64,000 nucleotides of DNA. Origin: Thermodesulfobacteriota bacterium (GTDB taxonomy: Bacteria; Desulfobacterota; WTBG01; CAIYCZ01; CAIRTM01). The stretch is taken from contig JANQGV010000012.1 in the NCBI GenBank assembly GCA_028282925.1, positions 7,787 to 71,786 of the forward strand, in the 5' to 3' direction. Both the position numbers and the translations under genes were made by a program. The notes below the pieces were generated by a model that ran no database searches, was not told where the DNA came from, and saw nothing but the letters and a program-made list of their open reading frames with translations. Numbering within the stretch: the stretch's first letter is position 1; each line of letters starts with the position of its first letter. Positions 28,775 to 40,344 of the stretch are shown in pieces.

Positions 28775-31700
28775 GGATGTAATCCCTCCAGGTCGGTTTC
28801 CAGACCCATGTAGATTTCTTTCAGCCGTTCAATTGTTTCTTCATCGGGCTTCCAGTAGCCGCGGCTGTTTGCTTCCCAGAGGCGTTTGACGATTTCCAGC
28901 ATAGCATAGGGGTTGTTGCCCTTGATGCGCTCGCGCATGGCATCGTCAAAAACAAGGCGGCGGTTTACCTGGTCGAAGTTTTCCTGGCTGACCGCGCCGG
29001 TCGTAGCTGCAAGCCCGATCAGGTTTTCCATTCGTTTGGCAATTTCCTGGCCGCCATGATGGCTGTGAGAAAGCATGCCGTCAAGCCACGCCGGGTTGGT
29101 CAGCCGGGTATGTACGCCCCGGCTGATGGAATCTTTTACGTCTTCGGTGCGCACCCGGCCCTCATGGGTGTCGGAAATAACCATCATTGCTTTTTTGCCT
29201 GAGGCCTGTTCCACGCTGCACGCAAGACCTCCGAAAAATTCGTAATAATGGTCAAGGTCGGTCACTTCGTAGTCCCGGGAAGCTCGGACCTGACTGACGA
29301 CCTCCACCCGGCTGAGGTTGTCGGTTAGAAGGCCGACCATCTCCTTGCCGTAGTGGTTCGGCGTATAGGCATGCTTAAGGCTCTCGATATAGGCCCCGAC
29401 AAGATCGGTCTCTTCCTGCCAGGTGCGTTTTTTAACAATTTGCTCAACCCCGGTGCCGTACTCCGATGCGGCCGGACCAAAAAGCCGTGCAAGGGCAAAC
29501 TCCCGGGCTTCCGGTTCCGACATACCGCGCTCCCGCAGGCCGTTAAAGAGTAATCGTGCATTGGCTCGTACGCTGTTCATGTCATCGGGCTCGTCGGCAA
29601 AACCGGCCAGCTCAAAAGCCTTTTGTAAAAGCGAAAGGGTGCCCGGAAACATGTCGCGGAAGAAACCGCACATCTGGATTGTTACGTCAATCCGCGGGCG
29701 GCCCAGCTCTTCAAGGGGAATCAGCTCAAGCCGGGGCTCCCACTGTCCGTCGATGCTTTTTACGCGCACGCCCAGGCAGGTCAAAATTTGCCCGATGGTT
29801 TCTCCCTGTGTTTGGGAGGTTTCCAGCCCCCAGAGAATAAGGGCAGTGGTGCCGGGGTATCTCCCATGGTCTTCCCGGTAGCGGGCAAGGGTGTTTTCCG
29901 CAATAGCCGCACCGCTCTCAAGGGCCGAAGGGGAAGGTACATTCCGGGGGTCAAACTGTACAAGGTTGCGGCCCGAAGGCAGTATTTCAGGGCTGCGAAA
30001 AAGGTCTCCGCTGAGCCCGGGAGGAATATACCGGCCACTGAGGCAGCGCAGAACAGCATCGAGCTCGCCGTTATATGCCAGGGCCTTGGCGATTGCATCA
30101 CCACGGCGGATGTAGTCTTTGAAGTAATCACAGTCGGCAGAGTCGCTCTTGTCAAGCGGCAGACCGTGGATGATGTGGTCGGCTATCCACTGCCGCACCA
30201 TGGCATTCAGCCGTTCCCATTGCGTGGTATGACGATGCGGCTCGCTGCTGAGGATTTTCCAGTCGAAGCCCCGGTGATGTGCCAGAAGCTCAGGGAGTGC
30301 CGGGGCGCCGTTGGTGCTGTGACGGAAAATCTCCGTCAGGTAGCCGACGATTTCCTCCTCGCCGTACCCGCTCCCCAGGGTGTGCAGGCGCGATGGAATG
30401 AGCGCAGTATCAAGCTCGTGCAGGCGCTGGTGCACCGCGTCCAGACCGGACCATTCCCAGCCAAGGTCCATGGTCCGGGACTGAATATCCTCGAGGATAA
30501 CCGGGCAGCGGCCCGGGCTGAGGTTTTCGGCTTCGGCATGCTCGTCAAGCAGTTGGCGGAGGGTCAGCAGGTCGTCATACAGGGCGCCTTTTACAAACGG
30601 GGGCGGCAGGTGCCCTATCAAAACAGCATGGGAGCGCCTCTTGGCTATCATGGCCTCGGATGGGTTGCCGGTGTAATACAGGTACAGATGCGGTAGATCG
30701 TTGATCAGGGCATCCGGAAAGCAGTCTCTGGATGCGGCCTTTTCTTTGCCGGGTAGAAATTCAAGGGTCCCGTGGGTGCCGACATGCACCACCGCGTCGG
30801 CACGAAACTCACGTTCGATCCAGCGATAGAATACGGCATACTGATGGTGGGGCGGCACGGACTTGTCGTGGTATGCATTGTTGCCTGAATCCATGGTTTC
30901 ACGGGCAGGCTGCAGGCCGATAAAAACATTGCCGTTTACGATTCCCGGCAGAACAACTGCTTCGCCGCTGTTCATAACGGTACCTGGAAACGGCCCCCAT
31001 GACTGTTCGATGCGGTCGAGTACGGTCAGGTCCGCAGTCAGCTTCCGGTATGCGTTTTTATCAACGGTGATATGGTTGTCCCTGTTTCGGTTGTTCCAGG
31101 TCGTCGAATTGTTCGTGCCTCCGCCGACAAAGACATCTCTGAGCTCTTCAGCGCTCATGGGAGACGCGGTGTAACCTGCATCTGCAAGCTTTTCAAGTAG
31201 AGCGGAGATGGAGGCAAAGGTATCGAGAAACGATGCGCTGCCCACGGTTGCCTCGCCGGAGGGGTAGTTATAGAAGACAACGGCAAGCCTCTTGTCGCTG
31301 TTGGGCCGGTTTCGGAGGACGGCCCAGTTTTGCGAACGGTGTGCCAGCCTTTCAATGCGGTCGTCAATGGGCGCAAGCTCGGGGGTCTGGTCCTGGGGGG
31401 TGCCCACCGCGCCGAGGGGATACATCTCGACGGCACCGTCGAGCTCGGGCAGGAAAATCGAGATCAGAAATTCGCCGACGTCGGCCCCCTTGTTGTCTTG
31501 CAGCCATTGGGTGCAGGTGCGTTTGGTGAGAAAAAAGGGGTGGAGCACCGGCACGTTCAGGTCGCGCAGAAACCGCTCGCCCTGAACGGCATCACCGCCC
31601 ATGGGGCCCTGTGCCAGCCTGAACGATTCGGGATTGACCAGCACGTCGATAAGGGGCTTGCCGTCGGGCATCAGGAGCTTATACAATTTACTGAAATCGC

Positions 31701-32520
31701 GGCCCACCGTGCTGTCCATGGCTATGGGAATAACGTTAAACCCCGGGGAGAGCCGCTCCATAACACGGCTGATAACCGGGTGGGTGTCCAGGGGGTAGGT
31801 GCGCGAACGAAAAAAAAGGCCCAGGCCGGGTTTGGTTTCCTCAGGCGGGAAACTTTCGTGGTAGTGACTGATGCTTTTGAAAATTCTGCCGCTTGCCGGA
31901 TCCATTATTGAGCAGTCATCTATCACGGCAGGCGGCTTCGGTTTGGGGAAATCCTTGTAACCGAAATATTCGCGCCCGATGAGGTACAGCATGTTTTCAA
32001 TATTGATCCGGGTGCCGTACAGCCAGTATTTGCTGATCCAGAGGAAATTGCGCATGTCCCGCAGGGGACCGACCGGAATCGCCCGCCCGACTTTTTCCAT
32101 CCACTCGACCATTTTCATCATGCGGGCAGGATCACGAGGAGCTTTTTTTTCGGAATCGTCTTTTTTGTCCACGTCCATGCGGCGCATCATATTGAGAGAA
32201 AAGCCGCCCAGCCTGGTGAGGGAACGCACGGCGACCGAGGTTGCGTTGACCACCACAACGTGACCCTTGAAGTCCGCAATACCTTCTGCCAGGGCGTTGC
32301 CGAATGCATCGGGAACGCCCATGGTATCCAGCAATACAAGATCGCTCTGGTAGAGGCTCTGGAAAATGGCCGGCCAGGTTTCCTCGCTGAGAAAATCGCT
32401 GCCCACATAGTGGGTGCTCACCTCGCAACGGCCCGCCCAGGGTCCATCGGCCCATGTGCGGCAGCTTTTTTCGATTTCAATAATGGAGGATGCGCCGACG
32501 GCGATTATACAGAGTTTCAT
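28771..32520 (-). CDS. cobN: CobN/Mg-chelatase H-family large chelatase subunit (cobaltochelatase CobN-like)
   Basis: 1249 aa, a size typical of the family, with CobN/ChlH-wide conservation (NPSEAMIAKRR, HGTLEFLPGK). Riboswitch 4 and a terminator lie upstream. Confidence 0.85.
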   Translation of the reverse strand: MKLCIIAVGASSIIEIEKSCRTWADGPWAGRCEVSTHYVGSDFLSEETWPAIFQSLYQSDLVLLDTMGVPDAFGNALAEGIADFKGHVVVVNATSVAVRSLTRLGGFSLNMMRRMDVDKKDDSEKKAPRDPARMMKMVEWMEKVGRAIPVGPLRDMRNFLWISKYWLYGTRINIENMLYLIGREYFGYKDFPKPKPPAVIDDCSIMDPASGRIFKSISHYHESFPPEETKPGLGLFFRSRTYPLDTHPVISRVMERLSPGFNVIPIAMDSTVGRDFSKLYKLLMPDGKPLIDVLVNPESFRLAQGPMGGDAVQGERFLRDLNVPVLHPFFLTKRTCTQWLQDNKGADVGEFLISIFLPELDGAVEMYPLGAVGTPQDQTPELAPIDDRIERLAHRSQNWAVLRNRPNSDKRLAVVFYNYPSGEATVGSASFLDTFASISALLEKLADAGYTASPMSAEELRDVFVGGGTNNSTTWNNRNRDNHITVDKNAYRKLTADLTVLDRIEQSWGPFPGTVMNSGEAVVLPGIVNGNVFIGLQPARETMDSGNNAYHDKSVPPHHQYAVFYRWIEREFRADAVVHVGTHGTLEFLPGKEKAASRDCFPDALINDLPHLYLYYTGNPSEAMIAKRRSHAVLIGHLPPPFVKGALYDDLLTLRQLLDEHAEAENLSPGRCPVILEDIQSRTMDLGWEWSGLDAVHQRLHELDTALIPSRLHTLGSGYGEEEIVGYLTEIFRHSTNGAPALPELLAHHRGFDWKILSSEPHRHTTQWERLNAMVRQWIADHIIHGLPLDKSDSADCDYFKDYIRRGDAIAKALAYNGELDAVLRCLSGRYIPPGLSGDLFRSPEILPSGRNLVQFDPRNVPSPSALESGAAIAENTLARYREDHGRYPGTTALILWGLETSQTQGETIGQILTCLGVRVKSIDGQWEPRLELIPLEELGRPRIDVTIQMCGFFRDMFPGTLSLLQKAFELAGFADEPDDMNSVRANARLLFNGLRERGMSEPEAREFALARLFGPAASEYGTGVEQIVKKRTWQEETDLVGAYIESLKHAYTPNHYGKEMVGLLTDNLSRVEVVSQVRASRDYEVTDLDHYYEFFGGLACSVEQASGKKAMMVISDTHEGRVRTEDVKDSISRGVHTRLTNPAWLDGMLSHSHHGGQEIAKRMENLIGLAATTGAVSQENFDQVNRRLVFDDAMRERIKGNNPYAMLEIVKRLWEANSRGYWKPDEETIERLKEIYMGLETDLEGLHP

Positions 32521-32583
32521 ATTGCTATTATGGTGCGTGTGTTTTTCAATAACTCAATGTATGTCGGAGAATGCAGCAAAAAA

Positions 32584-32625
32584 AATCCCCAAATCGAGTG
32601 CGATTTGGGGATATCCCTTTTTTTA
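32584..32625 (-). terminator. Rho-independent terminator, expression platform of riboswitch 4. The stem is identical to the riboswitch-1 terminator stem
   Basis: ATCCCCAAATCG-agtg-CGATTTGGGGAT flanked by A/T runs. The same 12-nt arms occur at 1243-1275. Confidence 0.55.
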
Positions 32626-32689
32626 TCCTCAAAACTGTGTATTTATTCCGGAATACCACTTTGCCATGTCGGTACGCCGATAAACTATT

Positions 32690-32835
32690 CAAGCAGGTCT
32701 TCTGACTTTCGGATCATCCTAGTTACCGCGCCTTCCCATTCCGGTGAGCCGGAACAGTGGCTTCGCTACGGTTTTCGTCCCCGATTACAGCGGCGGGCCC
32801 GTACCCGAATTTCACGGGATTCCCTTTAACGCTTT
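32690..32835 (-). promoter_or_regulatory. Cobalamin riboswitch, copy 4 (minus strand), paralogue of copy 1
   Basis: The reverse complement contains ACGGGCCCGCCGCTGTAATCGGGGACGAA (29 nt identical to copy 1), GCCACTG...GGGAAGGCGCGG, and B12 box AAGTCAGAAGACCTGC. Confidence 0.8.
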
Positions 32836-32961
32836 TCAGCGCGCTTGAATACCTATTTTAATCACTTTAGCAAAATGGGGGGAAAAGTCAAGATGTATGG
32901 ATTTTTGCCAAAAAACATGCGTGCTGAAGAACAGCAGTGTGCGATTAAAAAGAATTTCCGG

Positions 32962-34425
32962 TCATTTAACTTCGTCCGGCGCAGCGCCATCGTCGGAACT
33001 GAAAAGTGTCCAGCCGCCGCCAAGGGCTTTGTAGATTTTGACCATATACCCGGAGGTGTCGCCGCGGCTGACGGCAAGGCTTTCTTCCAGCGACAGGAGT
33101 GAGCGCTGCGCATCAAGCACGTTATTGAAATCGGTCAACCCGTTACTGTATTTGTCGCGGGCAATATCAACGGCTTCTCGGGCGGCTTTGACCGCGCTGT
33201 GCAGGTGCTGGATTCTCCTGCTCTCCTGCACAAAGCCCGACAGCGCATCCCGGACTTCGGCAACCGCACTGAGCACCGTTTTTTCATACAGTGCCAGATA
33301 CTGATCTTTAACGGAGGTCTGGGCGCGCACCCGGTTTACAAGCTCTCCCGCACGAAAAACCGGCCAGATAACCCCGGGCACAATAGAGCCTGATCCGGCC
33401 CCGGCGGTAAAGAGCTCGTCGGAGCTTATTGCCTGTGTTCCGAAAAAACCGGAAAGGGAAAATTTGGGGTACAGCATGGCAACCGCTTCGCCTATGCGGG
33501 CGGATTCTGCTGCAAGTCTGCGCTCCGCCCTGCGGATATCCGGCCTGCGCCTGAGAGCGTCGGCGCTAATGCCTTCGATATCGCCTTCGGGCGGTACGGG
33601 TATCGGACGCGTTGTGCTGAAACACTCATGCAGGGTGCCTGGCCGGCGGCCGAGCAAAACCGCCAGGGCATTAAGGGCCTTTTCAAGCCCGGCATTCAGA
33701 AGTGGAATGGTTGACCGGGTCGATTCCATATTGTAGCGGGCCTGGGAAACATCAAGTGCATCCGTCAGCCCGGCGTTGTAGCGCGAGGAGAGTATTTCAA
33801 GGGTTTCCTGCTGGGCTTTCAGGTTTTTGCGGGCAACCTGCAGCCTGCGCTGGAAGGTGCGAATTTCTAAATAGTTCAGGGCAACTTCCGCAGCAAGACT
33901 AAGCCATACATCATGCAGATCGGCGATTTCCGATTCCAGCTGAGCTTCCGAGGCCTCAACCGCCCGGCGTGTGCCGCCGAAAATGTCGATCTCCCAGGAG
34001 GCGTCCAGGCCTGCCCGGTACATATGGGTATACCCGGTGCCCCCGGCGTCTTTGTTGGTTTTGGTCCGGGTGAAATCGGCTGCAGCGTCGACTTGCGGGA
34101 AAAAGTCTGAGCGGCTGATACCGAGTTCGGCCCGGGCCGCCTGTACTTTTGCAATGGCCGCCTTGATATCGGGTGAGCCCTCAAGGGCCTGGGTGATAAA
34201 CTCCACCAGCATGTCATCATTGAAACCGTTCCACCAGGTTGCGAGCATGCGCGCATTATCTGTAGTGTTGTCGGCAACGTCCAGCCCCTGAACCCGGAAG
34301 TTAGGCTCAAAAAGTTCGGGACTACGGTAATTGGGCCCCACGCTTATGCAGCCGTTTAAGAGCATACAGCAGCATACCATGGACAACAATGCAGACAGGT
34401 GTACAGAATACCATTTATGATTCAT
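32962..34425 (-). CDS. RND efflux outer-membrane factor lipoprotein (NodT/OprM family)
   Basis: Lipoprotein signal peptide ...LLNGC, then two TolC-like repeats with characteristic coiled-coil segments. Confidence 0.85.
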   Translation of the reverse strand: MNHKWYSVHLSALLSMVCCCMLLNGCISVGPNYRSPELFEPNFRVQGLDVADNTTDNARMLATWWNGFNDDMLVEFITQALEGSPDIKAAIAKVQAARAELGISRSDFFPQVDAAADFTRTKTNKDAGGTGYTHMYRAGLDASWEIDIFGGTRRAVEASEAQLESEIADLHDVWLSLAAEVALNYLEIRTFQRRLQVARKNLKAQQETLEILSSRYNAGLTDALDVSQARYNMESTRSTIPLLNAGLEKALNALAVLLGRRPGTLHECFSTTRPIPVPPEGDIEGISADALRRRPDIRRAERRLAAESARIGEAVAMLYPKFSLSGFFGTQAISSDELFTAGAGSGSIVPGVIWPVFRAGELVNRVRAQTSVKDQYLALYEKTVLSAVAEVRDALSGFVQESRRIQHLHSAVKAAREAVDIARDKYSNGLTDFNNVLDAQRSLLSLEESLAVSRGDTSGYMVKIYKALGGGWTLFSSDDGAAPDEVK

Positions 34426-37400
34426 CAGACTTACTCCCTGATACGGTTTCCCGGCGGCCTTTCAGTTTTTCACGTACGGTCTGAAAAACAACGTACAGCC
34501 CCGGTACCATAACAATTCCAAAAAGTGTTGCGGCAAGCATTCCTGAAAAAACGGTCGTGCCGATGGCCCTGCGGCTTGCCGCGCCGGCCCCTACGGAAAA
34601 AACCATGGGCATCATGCCGAAGATAAAGGTGAAGGCCGTCATGAGCACGGCCCGAAAGCGCTCATAGGAACCGTTTTTGGCGGCATCCAGGATGGAGCAC
34701 CCCTTTTCGCGCTGGTTTTTGCAAAACTCGACTATCAAAATGGCGTTCTTGCCCGCAAGCCCCACCATAAGAATGAGACCCAGCTGGGCATAAATGCTCA
34801 GCGGGAGACCGGTAATCATCAGCCCGATAAGCGACCCCAGCATGGCCACTGAAATCGACAGCATAACCGGCAAAGGAATGGTCCAGCTTTCGTACTGGGC
34901 CACGAGAAAAAGATAGCCGAATATGAGTGCCAGCAGCACAAGAATCGTTACCTGGCCCGAGGCTTTCCGCTCCTGGTAGCTGGCTCCGGCCCATTCGATG
35001 GCATAGCCGTCGGGAAGCTTTTCGTGGGAAATGTTTTCAGCCAGCTGCATGGCCATGCCGGTGCTGGCAAAGGGTGAGGCCAGGGCGTTGATGGAAGCGC
35101 TTGAAAACTGGTTGAAGCGCTCGATAATACGCGGGGCCACCATGCTTCTGGTTGTTACGATGCTTGAGAGGGGCACCATGTTGCCGTTTCTGTTTTTTAC
35201 ATACAGGCTGCCGATGTCGTCGGCATCTTTGCGATGCTTCCAGTCGGCCTGTACATACACCCGGTTTACCTGGCTGCCGAGGTTGATATCATTAACGTAA
35301 CGGGATCCAAGATTGTCCTGCAGGCATCTGAAAATATCAATGACCCGTACGTTCATTGCTTCGGCCTTGGCCCGGTCGATGTCCAGAAATAGGTGCGGCG
35401 TGCGGGCGGAATAGGTGCTGAAAGCCATAGCGATTTCCGGCGACTGGTTCAAGTGCCCCAGAAAGCCGCCCAGTACGGACTCGAGCTTTTGGGGGTCGGA
35501 ATCTGCGGTGGCCTGAAGACGAATATCCATGCCGCCTATCATGCCGAGTCCCATAATGGCCGGGGGCGAAAACAGGTTGATCATGGCTCCGGGAATGGCA
35601 GCCATGTCTCCGGTCAGTTTTCCGATGATATCATTAATATGCATCCCCGGGTCCGTGCGCAGGTCCCAGTCGTCGAGGCCGGATATGATGAGGCCCATAT
35701 TTTCGCCGCTTCCGAAGAAACTCCAGCCGCAGACGGAAATAACGAAATCTACTCCGGGAGTATCGAGAAATTTTTGAGAAACCTGCTCCATGACCGCTGC
35801 GGTTCTGTCCAGGGTAGCGCCTTCGGGCAATTGCACGCTGCCGAAAATGGCCCCCTGGTCTTCATCCGGGATAAAAGCGGTGGGGGTTGTGGAAAAAAGA
35901 AACCATGCCGCTGCAACAGTTACCAGCAGGAAGAACACCACCAGAAAGCCCCGGCGTGCCAGCCGCTGGGACGCCGATACATAGGTGCCCCGGGCCCTGC
36001 TCAGCAGGCCGTTGAACCAGGCCAGCGGGCCCCGCGAAACCGGTTTCGGTATGCGCAGTATGGAGGCGCACAGGGCCGGAGACAGGGTCAGGGCGGTGAT
36101 GGTTGAAAACAGAACCGCAGAGGAAATGCTGACCGCAAACTGCTGGTAAATTTTACCGGTCATGCCCGGTACAAAGGCAATGGGTACAAAAATGGCCAGC
36201 AGCACCAGCGTGGTGGCGATTACCGGACCGGTAACCTGCTCCATGGCCTTAATGGTGGCATTGTAGCGGTCGAGCCCCTCGCGCTCCATCAAAAACAGCA
36301 CGCGTTCCACCACGACGATGGCATCGTCCACCACAAGCCCCACGGCAAGCACCAGGGCAAACAGCGTCAGGATATTGATGCTGTAGCCGAATGTCATCAG
36401 GACCGTAAAGGTTGCGCAGAGGGAGACCGGAATGGTCACTGCCGGAACAAGGGTTGCGCGCAAATCCTGCAGAAAGGTAAAACAGACCAGCACAACCAGC
36501 AGCAGGGTCAGGCTGATGGTGAATACGATTTCCTTAATGGTCGACCGCACAAAATCGGTGGAATCGAAAGAAAGAAAACACTCGAAGTCTTCGGGGAAGT
36601 TTTTCTCAAGGCGCTTTATTTCGGCCTGAATCGCGGCAATCGTTTCAAGAGCGTTTGATCCGGCAGTCTGGTTCAGCCCGACCGCAACGCTGGGATCGCC
36701 ATTGTACAGGTCGTAGGTAGAGTAGTATTCAAGGCCCATTTCCACATCGGCCACGTCGCACAGGCGCACCTGGGAGCCGCGGCCGGCTGAGCGCACAATA
36801 ATGTTTTTAAAATCTTCGGGGTCGTTCAGGCGTCCCTTGGTTTGCAGGGTATACAGGACTTTGCGGTCAGGCGGCCCCGGAGCGGCCCCCACCGAGCCGA
36901 TGGAAGCCTGCACGTTCTGGGCTTCAATGGCGCTGATTACCTCGGTTACGCTCAGACCCATGGCGCTCAGGCGGTCGGAATCGAGCCAGACCCGCATGCT
37001 GTATTTGGACGAGAAAACATTGGCCTTGCCCACACCGGGTATACGTGTAATGGCACTCTTGATGTAATCGTGGGTGTAGTTGCTCAGGAATTTACGGCTG
37101 TGTGTGCCGCCCGGGGAGCGTATCATTAAAAGCCCCAGGAAGTCGGAGAACTCAATTGAAACGGTAACGCCCTGCCGGGTCACATCGGACGGCAGCCGAG
37201 GGGTGGCAAGCTGCACACGGTTTTGCACCTTCACCAAGGCAATGTCCGGATCGGTGCCCACGGCAAAGGGGATCGTCAGGGTGTAGGTGCCGTTGTTTTC
37301 ACATTTCGACATCATATAGAGCATGTTCTCAACGCCGTTGATTTCATCTTCAAGGGGGGCCGCAACGGTTGTGGCCAGCACTTCGGCGCTGGCACCCGGG

Positions 37401-37549
37401 TAGTTGGCGGTGACAACGATCTGAGGCGGAGCAAGCTTGGGATACATCTCGACCGGCAGCGCGAAAATCGACAAAATTCCGGCCAGGGTCAGCACAATAG
37501 AGACGACCATTGCGAGGCGCGGACGATTAATGAAGACAAGCGAAATCAT
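34415..37549 (-). CDS. RND efflux permease (AcrB/HAE1 family)
   Basis: 1044 aa, 12-TM architecture with two large periplasmic loops. Overlaps neighbouring genes by 4-11 nt. Confidence 0.9.
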   Translation of the reverse strand: MISLVFINRPRLAMVVSIVLTLAGILSIFALPVEMYPKLAPPQIVVTANYPGASAEVLATTVAAPLEDEINGVENMLYMMSKCENNGTYTLTIPFAVGTDPDIALVKVQNRVQLATPRLPSDVTRQGVTVSIEFSDFLGLLMIRSPGGTHSRKFLSNYTHDYIKSAITRIPGVGKANVFSSKYSMRVWLDSDRLSAMGLSVTEVISAIEAQNVQASIGSVGAAPGPPDRKVLYTLQTKGRLNDPEDFKNIIVRSAGRGSQVRLCDVADVEMGLEYYSTYDLYNGDPSVAVGLNQTAGSNALETIAAIQAEIKRLEKNFPEDFECFLSFDSTDFVRSTIKEIVFTISLTLLLVVLVCFTFLQDLRATLVPAVTIPVSLCATFTVLMTFGYSINILTLFALVLAVGLVVDDAIVVVERVLFLMEREGLDRYNATIKAMEQVTGPVIATTLVLLAIFVPIAFVPGMTGKIYQQFAVSISSAVLFSTITALTLSPALCASILRIPKPVSRGPLAWFNGLLSRARGTYVSASQRLARRGFLVVFFLLVTVAAAWFLFSTTPTAFIPDEDQGAIFGSVQLPEGATLDRTAAVMEQVSQKFLDTPGVDFVISVCGWSFFGSGENMGLIISGLDDWDLRTDPGMHINDIIGKLTGDMAAIPGAMINLFSPPAIMGLGMIGGMDIRLQATADSDPQKLESVLGGFLGHLNQSPEIAMAFSTYSARTPHLFLDIDRAKAEAMNVRVIDIFRCLQDNLGSRYVNDINLGSQVNRVYVQADWKHRKDADDIGSLYVKNRNGNMVPLSSIVTTRSMVAPRIIERFNQFSSASINALASPFASTGMAMQLAENISHEKLPDGYAIEWAGASYQERKASGQVTILVLLALIFGYLFLVAQYESWTIPLPVMLSISVAMLGSLIGLMITGLPLSIYAQLGLILMVGLAGKNAILIVEFCKNQREKGCSILDAAKNGSYERFRAVLMTAFTFIFGMMPMVFSVGAGAASRRAIGTTVFSGMLAATLFGIVMVPGLYVVFQTVREKLKGRRETVSGSKSDES

Positions 37550-38742
37550 TGTTGTTTCCCTTCAGATACAGCGGCGGCAGCGTCGATTGCATTGACGGTT
37601 ATGCCGGGCATGGCTTTCTGCACACCTTCCGTAATAATTGTTTCCCCCGCAGCAAGGCCGGATGTTACAATCACGTTTCCATTGAGTACGGTCCCAAGCG
37701 TGATTTTTCGCTGCTGGACTTTTGATTCCTTATCAACCACAAAAACATAATCGCCATTGGCGTCTGAAATAACTGCGGCCTGGGGCACGCTTAACGCCCG
37801 GGGACGGTCCTGATTGCCCAGGAGCAGCTTGACGTAGGAGCCCGGTATCAGAAGGCCCTCCGGGTTGTCGAAACGCAGCCAGACGGATATGGTGCCGGTC
37901 TCGGGGTCCATTTCGTTGTCGACAAAATCACGGCGGCCCGCCGCCTTGAACTCGTCGCCGCCGGGCAGCAGAACCCGGGCGCTGATTCGCGGCATGGTGC
38001 CGTTATGCATTTTTTCAAGCAGCTTAAGGTAAAGACGGTCGGCGGGTGAGAAGTTGACCCGCACGGGGTCCACTTGCACGATACGTGCAAGGCGCTGCGT
38101 ACCGGAGTTGACATAGTTGCCCGCTTTAACTTCCGCCGGGCCTATGCGCCCGCTGATCGGGGCCGTTATGCGGGTGTAACCCAGATCAATGCGTGCCAGC
38201 TCTAAGCTGGCGCGGGCCATTTCAACCGCGGCCTTTGAGCTTTGCACGTCGCTTACCGCGGTATCAAGATCCGCCTGAGAGATGCTGCGGGCCTCGGCCG
38301 ATTCGAGGCGTTTAAGATATTTTTCGGCGCGCACAAGCCGGGCCTCGGCCTGGGCAAGTTCGGCGGCCCGCAGGTCAACCGTTGCCCGGTATTCCCGGGG
38401 ATCTATCGTGAACAGAACCTGCCCCTTTTCTACCAGGCTGCCCTCGTCGAAATGCACATCGGCAAGATACCCTTCGATCCTGGGGTGCAGGTCAACCTCC
38501 TGGATGGGTTCCACGTAGGCGATATACTCTTTTTCCTTGTCGATAAAATCTTCTTGCACCTTCTGCACGTTCACGGCAGGCGGTCCGCCCATTCCCATCA
38601 TGCCCGGAGGCATACCGCCCATGCCGGGTCCCATCATGCGGAGAGCCACAAACCAGCCCGCGGCAAACGCCCCTGCTATGATCGCAATGATAATAACCTG
38701 AGAAGAAAATTTCTTCCTGGGATTGTTTTTATGAATACTCAT
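37546..38742 (-). CDS. RND efflux periplasmic adaptor (membrane fusion protein). Start refined to M at 38742
   Basis: N-terminal TM segment, coiled-coil hairpin ([25 protein letters not shown]), then lipoyl and beta-barrel domains. The ORF-track start would overlap the TetR gene. Confidence 0.85.
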   Translation of the reverse strand: MSIHKNNPRKKFSSQVIIIAIIAGAFAAGWFVALRMMGPGMGGMPPGMMGMGGPPAVNVQKVQEDFIDKEKEYIAYVEPIQEVDLHPRIEGYLADVHFDEGSLVEKGQVLFTIDPREYRATVDLRAAELAQAEARLVRAEKYLKRLESAEARSISQADLDTAVSDVQSSKAAVEMARASLELARIDLGYTRITAPISGRIGPAEVKAGNYVNSGTQRLARIVQVDPVRVNFSPADRLYLKLLEKMHNGTMPRISARVLLPGGDEFKAAGRRDFVDNEMDPETGTISVWLRFDNPEGLLIPGSYVKLLLGNQDRPRALSVPQAAVISDANGDYVFVVDKESKVQQRKITLGTVLNGNVIVTSGLAAGETIITEGVQKAMPGITVNAIDAAAAVSEGKQQ

Positions 38743-38777
38743 GGTGGCACCTTTTATCGCGTAATATGTTTTTTGGT

Positions 38778-39329
38778 TTAAACGGCCTTTTCTGCGAAGC
38801 CGTTTAGAAAAGTATCTACAAGCATTTGGGCGGCTGCATTGACGGCCACGTCGCCGTCGTGGACACACTCGCCCATACCCCAGACCGTCAAATCCAGATT
38901 CTTTGCCGCCCAGTGAATATTGATATCATTTTTAATGACGCCTTCCTGTTGAAGACGTTTGATCAGCCTTTGCAGGAGCTGCAGGGCGTTGTTGATGACG
39001 GATTGATTAACCGGGTCCTGCTGAATAAAGGGTTCATACAGGAGAAAATTGAACTGCACGTTTTGCCGGACCATAATCCCGGTGATTTTTTTCAGCATTT
39101 CAATGGCCGGAATGTCCTCATCCAGAACAGGCGTCAACTGGGTGCGTATTTGGTTGTCGAATTCGAGGACTATTTTTTGAAACAGTTTTTCACGCGAAGG
39201 AAAATAGCGAAAAAGGGTTGTGCGGCTTATGCCCGCATGATGCGCTATGTCTTCCAGCAACGCCCCCGGATTTCTGGACAAATAGGCAATGGCCGCCTTG
39301 GTGATTTGATCCTCTTTTGAAGAAGGCAT
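38778..39329 (-). CDS. TetR/AcrR-family transcriptional repressor
   Basis: N-terminal HTH IAHHAGISRTTLFRYFPSREKLF, 183 aa. Located upstream of the RND operon. Confidence 0.85.
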   Translation of the reverse strand: MPSSKEDQITKAAIAYLSRNPGALLEDIAHHAGISRTTLFRYFPSREKLFQKIVLEFDNQIRTQLTPVLDEDIPAIEMLKKITGIMVRQNVQFNFLLYEPFIQQDPVNQSVINNALQLLQRLIKRLQQEGVIKNDINIHWAAKNLDLTVWGMGECVHDGDVAVNAAAQMLVDTFLNGFAEKAV

Positions 39330-39625
39330 TTCAATGCTCCTTTTGAAACATTAAAATCAACTATGAAACATCAAAGTACCATATGGACTATTTAGTGTCA
39401 ATATTATTTACACCTTTTTTGTTCGACAGGAAGGTATCGAATAGAACGGATATTTTACTGTTTTTTGAGATGTGGGCAGGGAAGAGGGGTATTTAGCATG
39501 TTTTGTTTGCCTCCTTGCGCAAAGCGTCAAGGAGGCAAAAGGAAACTGTCCACTGTCGTGGACCCGGGCCTTTCGGCCTCCGGCTGAAGTCCCGATCCGG
39601 GCTCTCTGAGCCCGTTTTTTTGCTT

Positions 39626-40324
39626 TCAAGGGCTTGTAATGTTCAGCTTGTACCCGACTCCGTATACAGTGGCTATTGCCTCCTGCCCCGGCAAAAGGGC
39701 GCCGATTTTTTTTCGCAAATTCTTTATGTGTGAATCTACGGTACGGTCGTAGCCTTCGTAGTCGTACCCCTGGACCCGCTGTACAAGTTCATCCCGAGAA
39801 AAAACCTTGGAGGGGGCAGACATGAATACCTGCAGCAGTTTGAATTCGCTGGGGGTAAGGGTCATTTGCGTGTCGTTTACCGTGACCTGCCGGCTGTCCG
39901 TATCAAGCACAATGGGGCCCTGAACCAGTTTTTGTTCCAGCGGTTCAGGGCGGGTTCTGCGCAAAACAGCTTTTACCCGTGCAACCACTTCCCGTGGGCT
40001 GGACGGCTTGCAGATATAATCGTCGGCGCCCATCTCAAGGCCCAAAAGGCGGTCGAGTTCCTCGACCTTGGCGGTCAGCATAATAATGGGAAGATGTGAA
40101 AATTTCCGTATCTCACGGCAAATCGACATACCGTCCAGGCCCGGCAGCATGAGATCGAGCAGGACGAGGTCGGGTGGCGACTTTTTTACGGCAGGGAGCA
40201 CCATGTCGCCGCGGCTGACAATGGTGGTGCCAAAGCCGTCCTGTTGCAGGTAGTCCTGAATGAGGTCGGCGATTTTCTGTTCGTCTTCTACGATAAGGAT
40301 GTGGTTTTGTGTCATGGTAGTCAT
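39626..40324 (-). CDS. OmpR/PhoB-family response regulator (BaeR/CpxR-like)
   Basis: Receiver domain (ILIVEDE...DLVLLDLMLPGLDG...LTAK) with a winged-helix C-terminus (ATVYGVGYKL). Confidence 0.9.
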   Translation of the reverse strand: MTTMTQNHILIVEDEQKIADLIQDYLQQDGFGTTIVSRGDMVLPAVKKSPPDLVLLDLMLPGLDGMSICREIRKFSHLPIIMLTAKVEELDRLLGLEMGADDYICKPSSPREVVARVKAVLRRTRPEPLEQKLVQGPIVLDTDSRQVTVNDTQMTLTPSEFKLLQVFMSAPSKVFSRDELVQRVQGYDYEGYDRTVDSHIKNLRKKIGALLPGQEAIATVYGVGYKLNITSP

Positions 40325-40344
40325 TCCCTTATAGTAATGTGCGT

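Noticed and set aside
29325-31911. Plus-strand ORFs of 94-302 aa inside cobN (for example 29788-30696 and 31330-31911)
   Set aside because: Antisense to CobN, with Arg/Ala/Gly-rich translations and no motifs.
34662-36106. ORFs antisense to, or out of frame within, the RND permease (34662-34994 -, 35393-36106 +)
   Set aside because: They overlap a 12-TM AcrB-family CDS. These are GC-frame artefacts.
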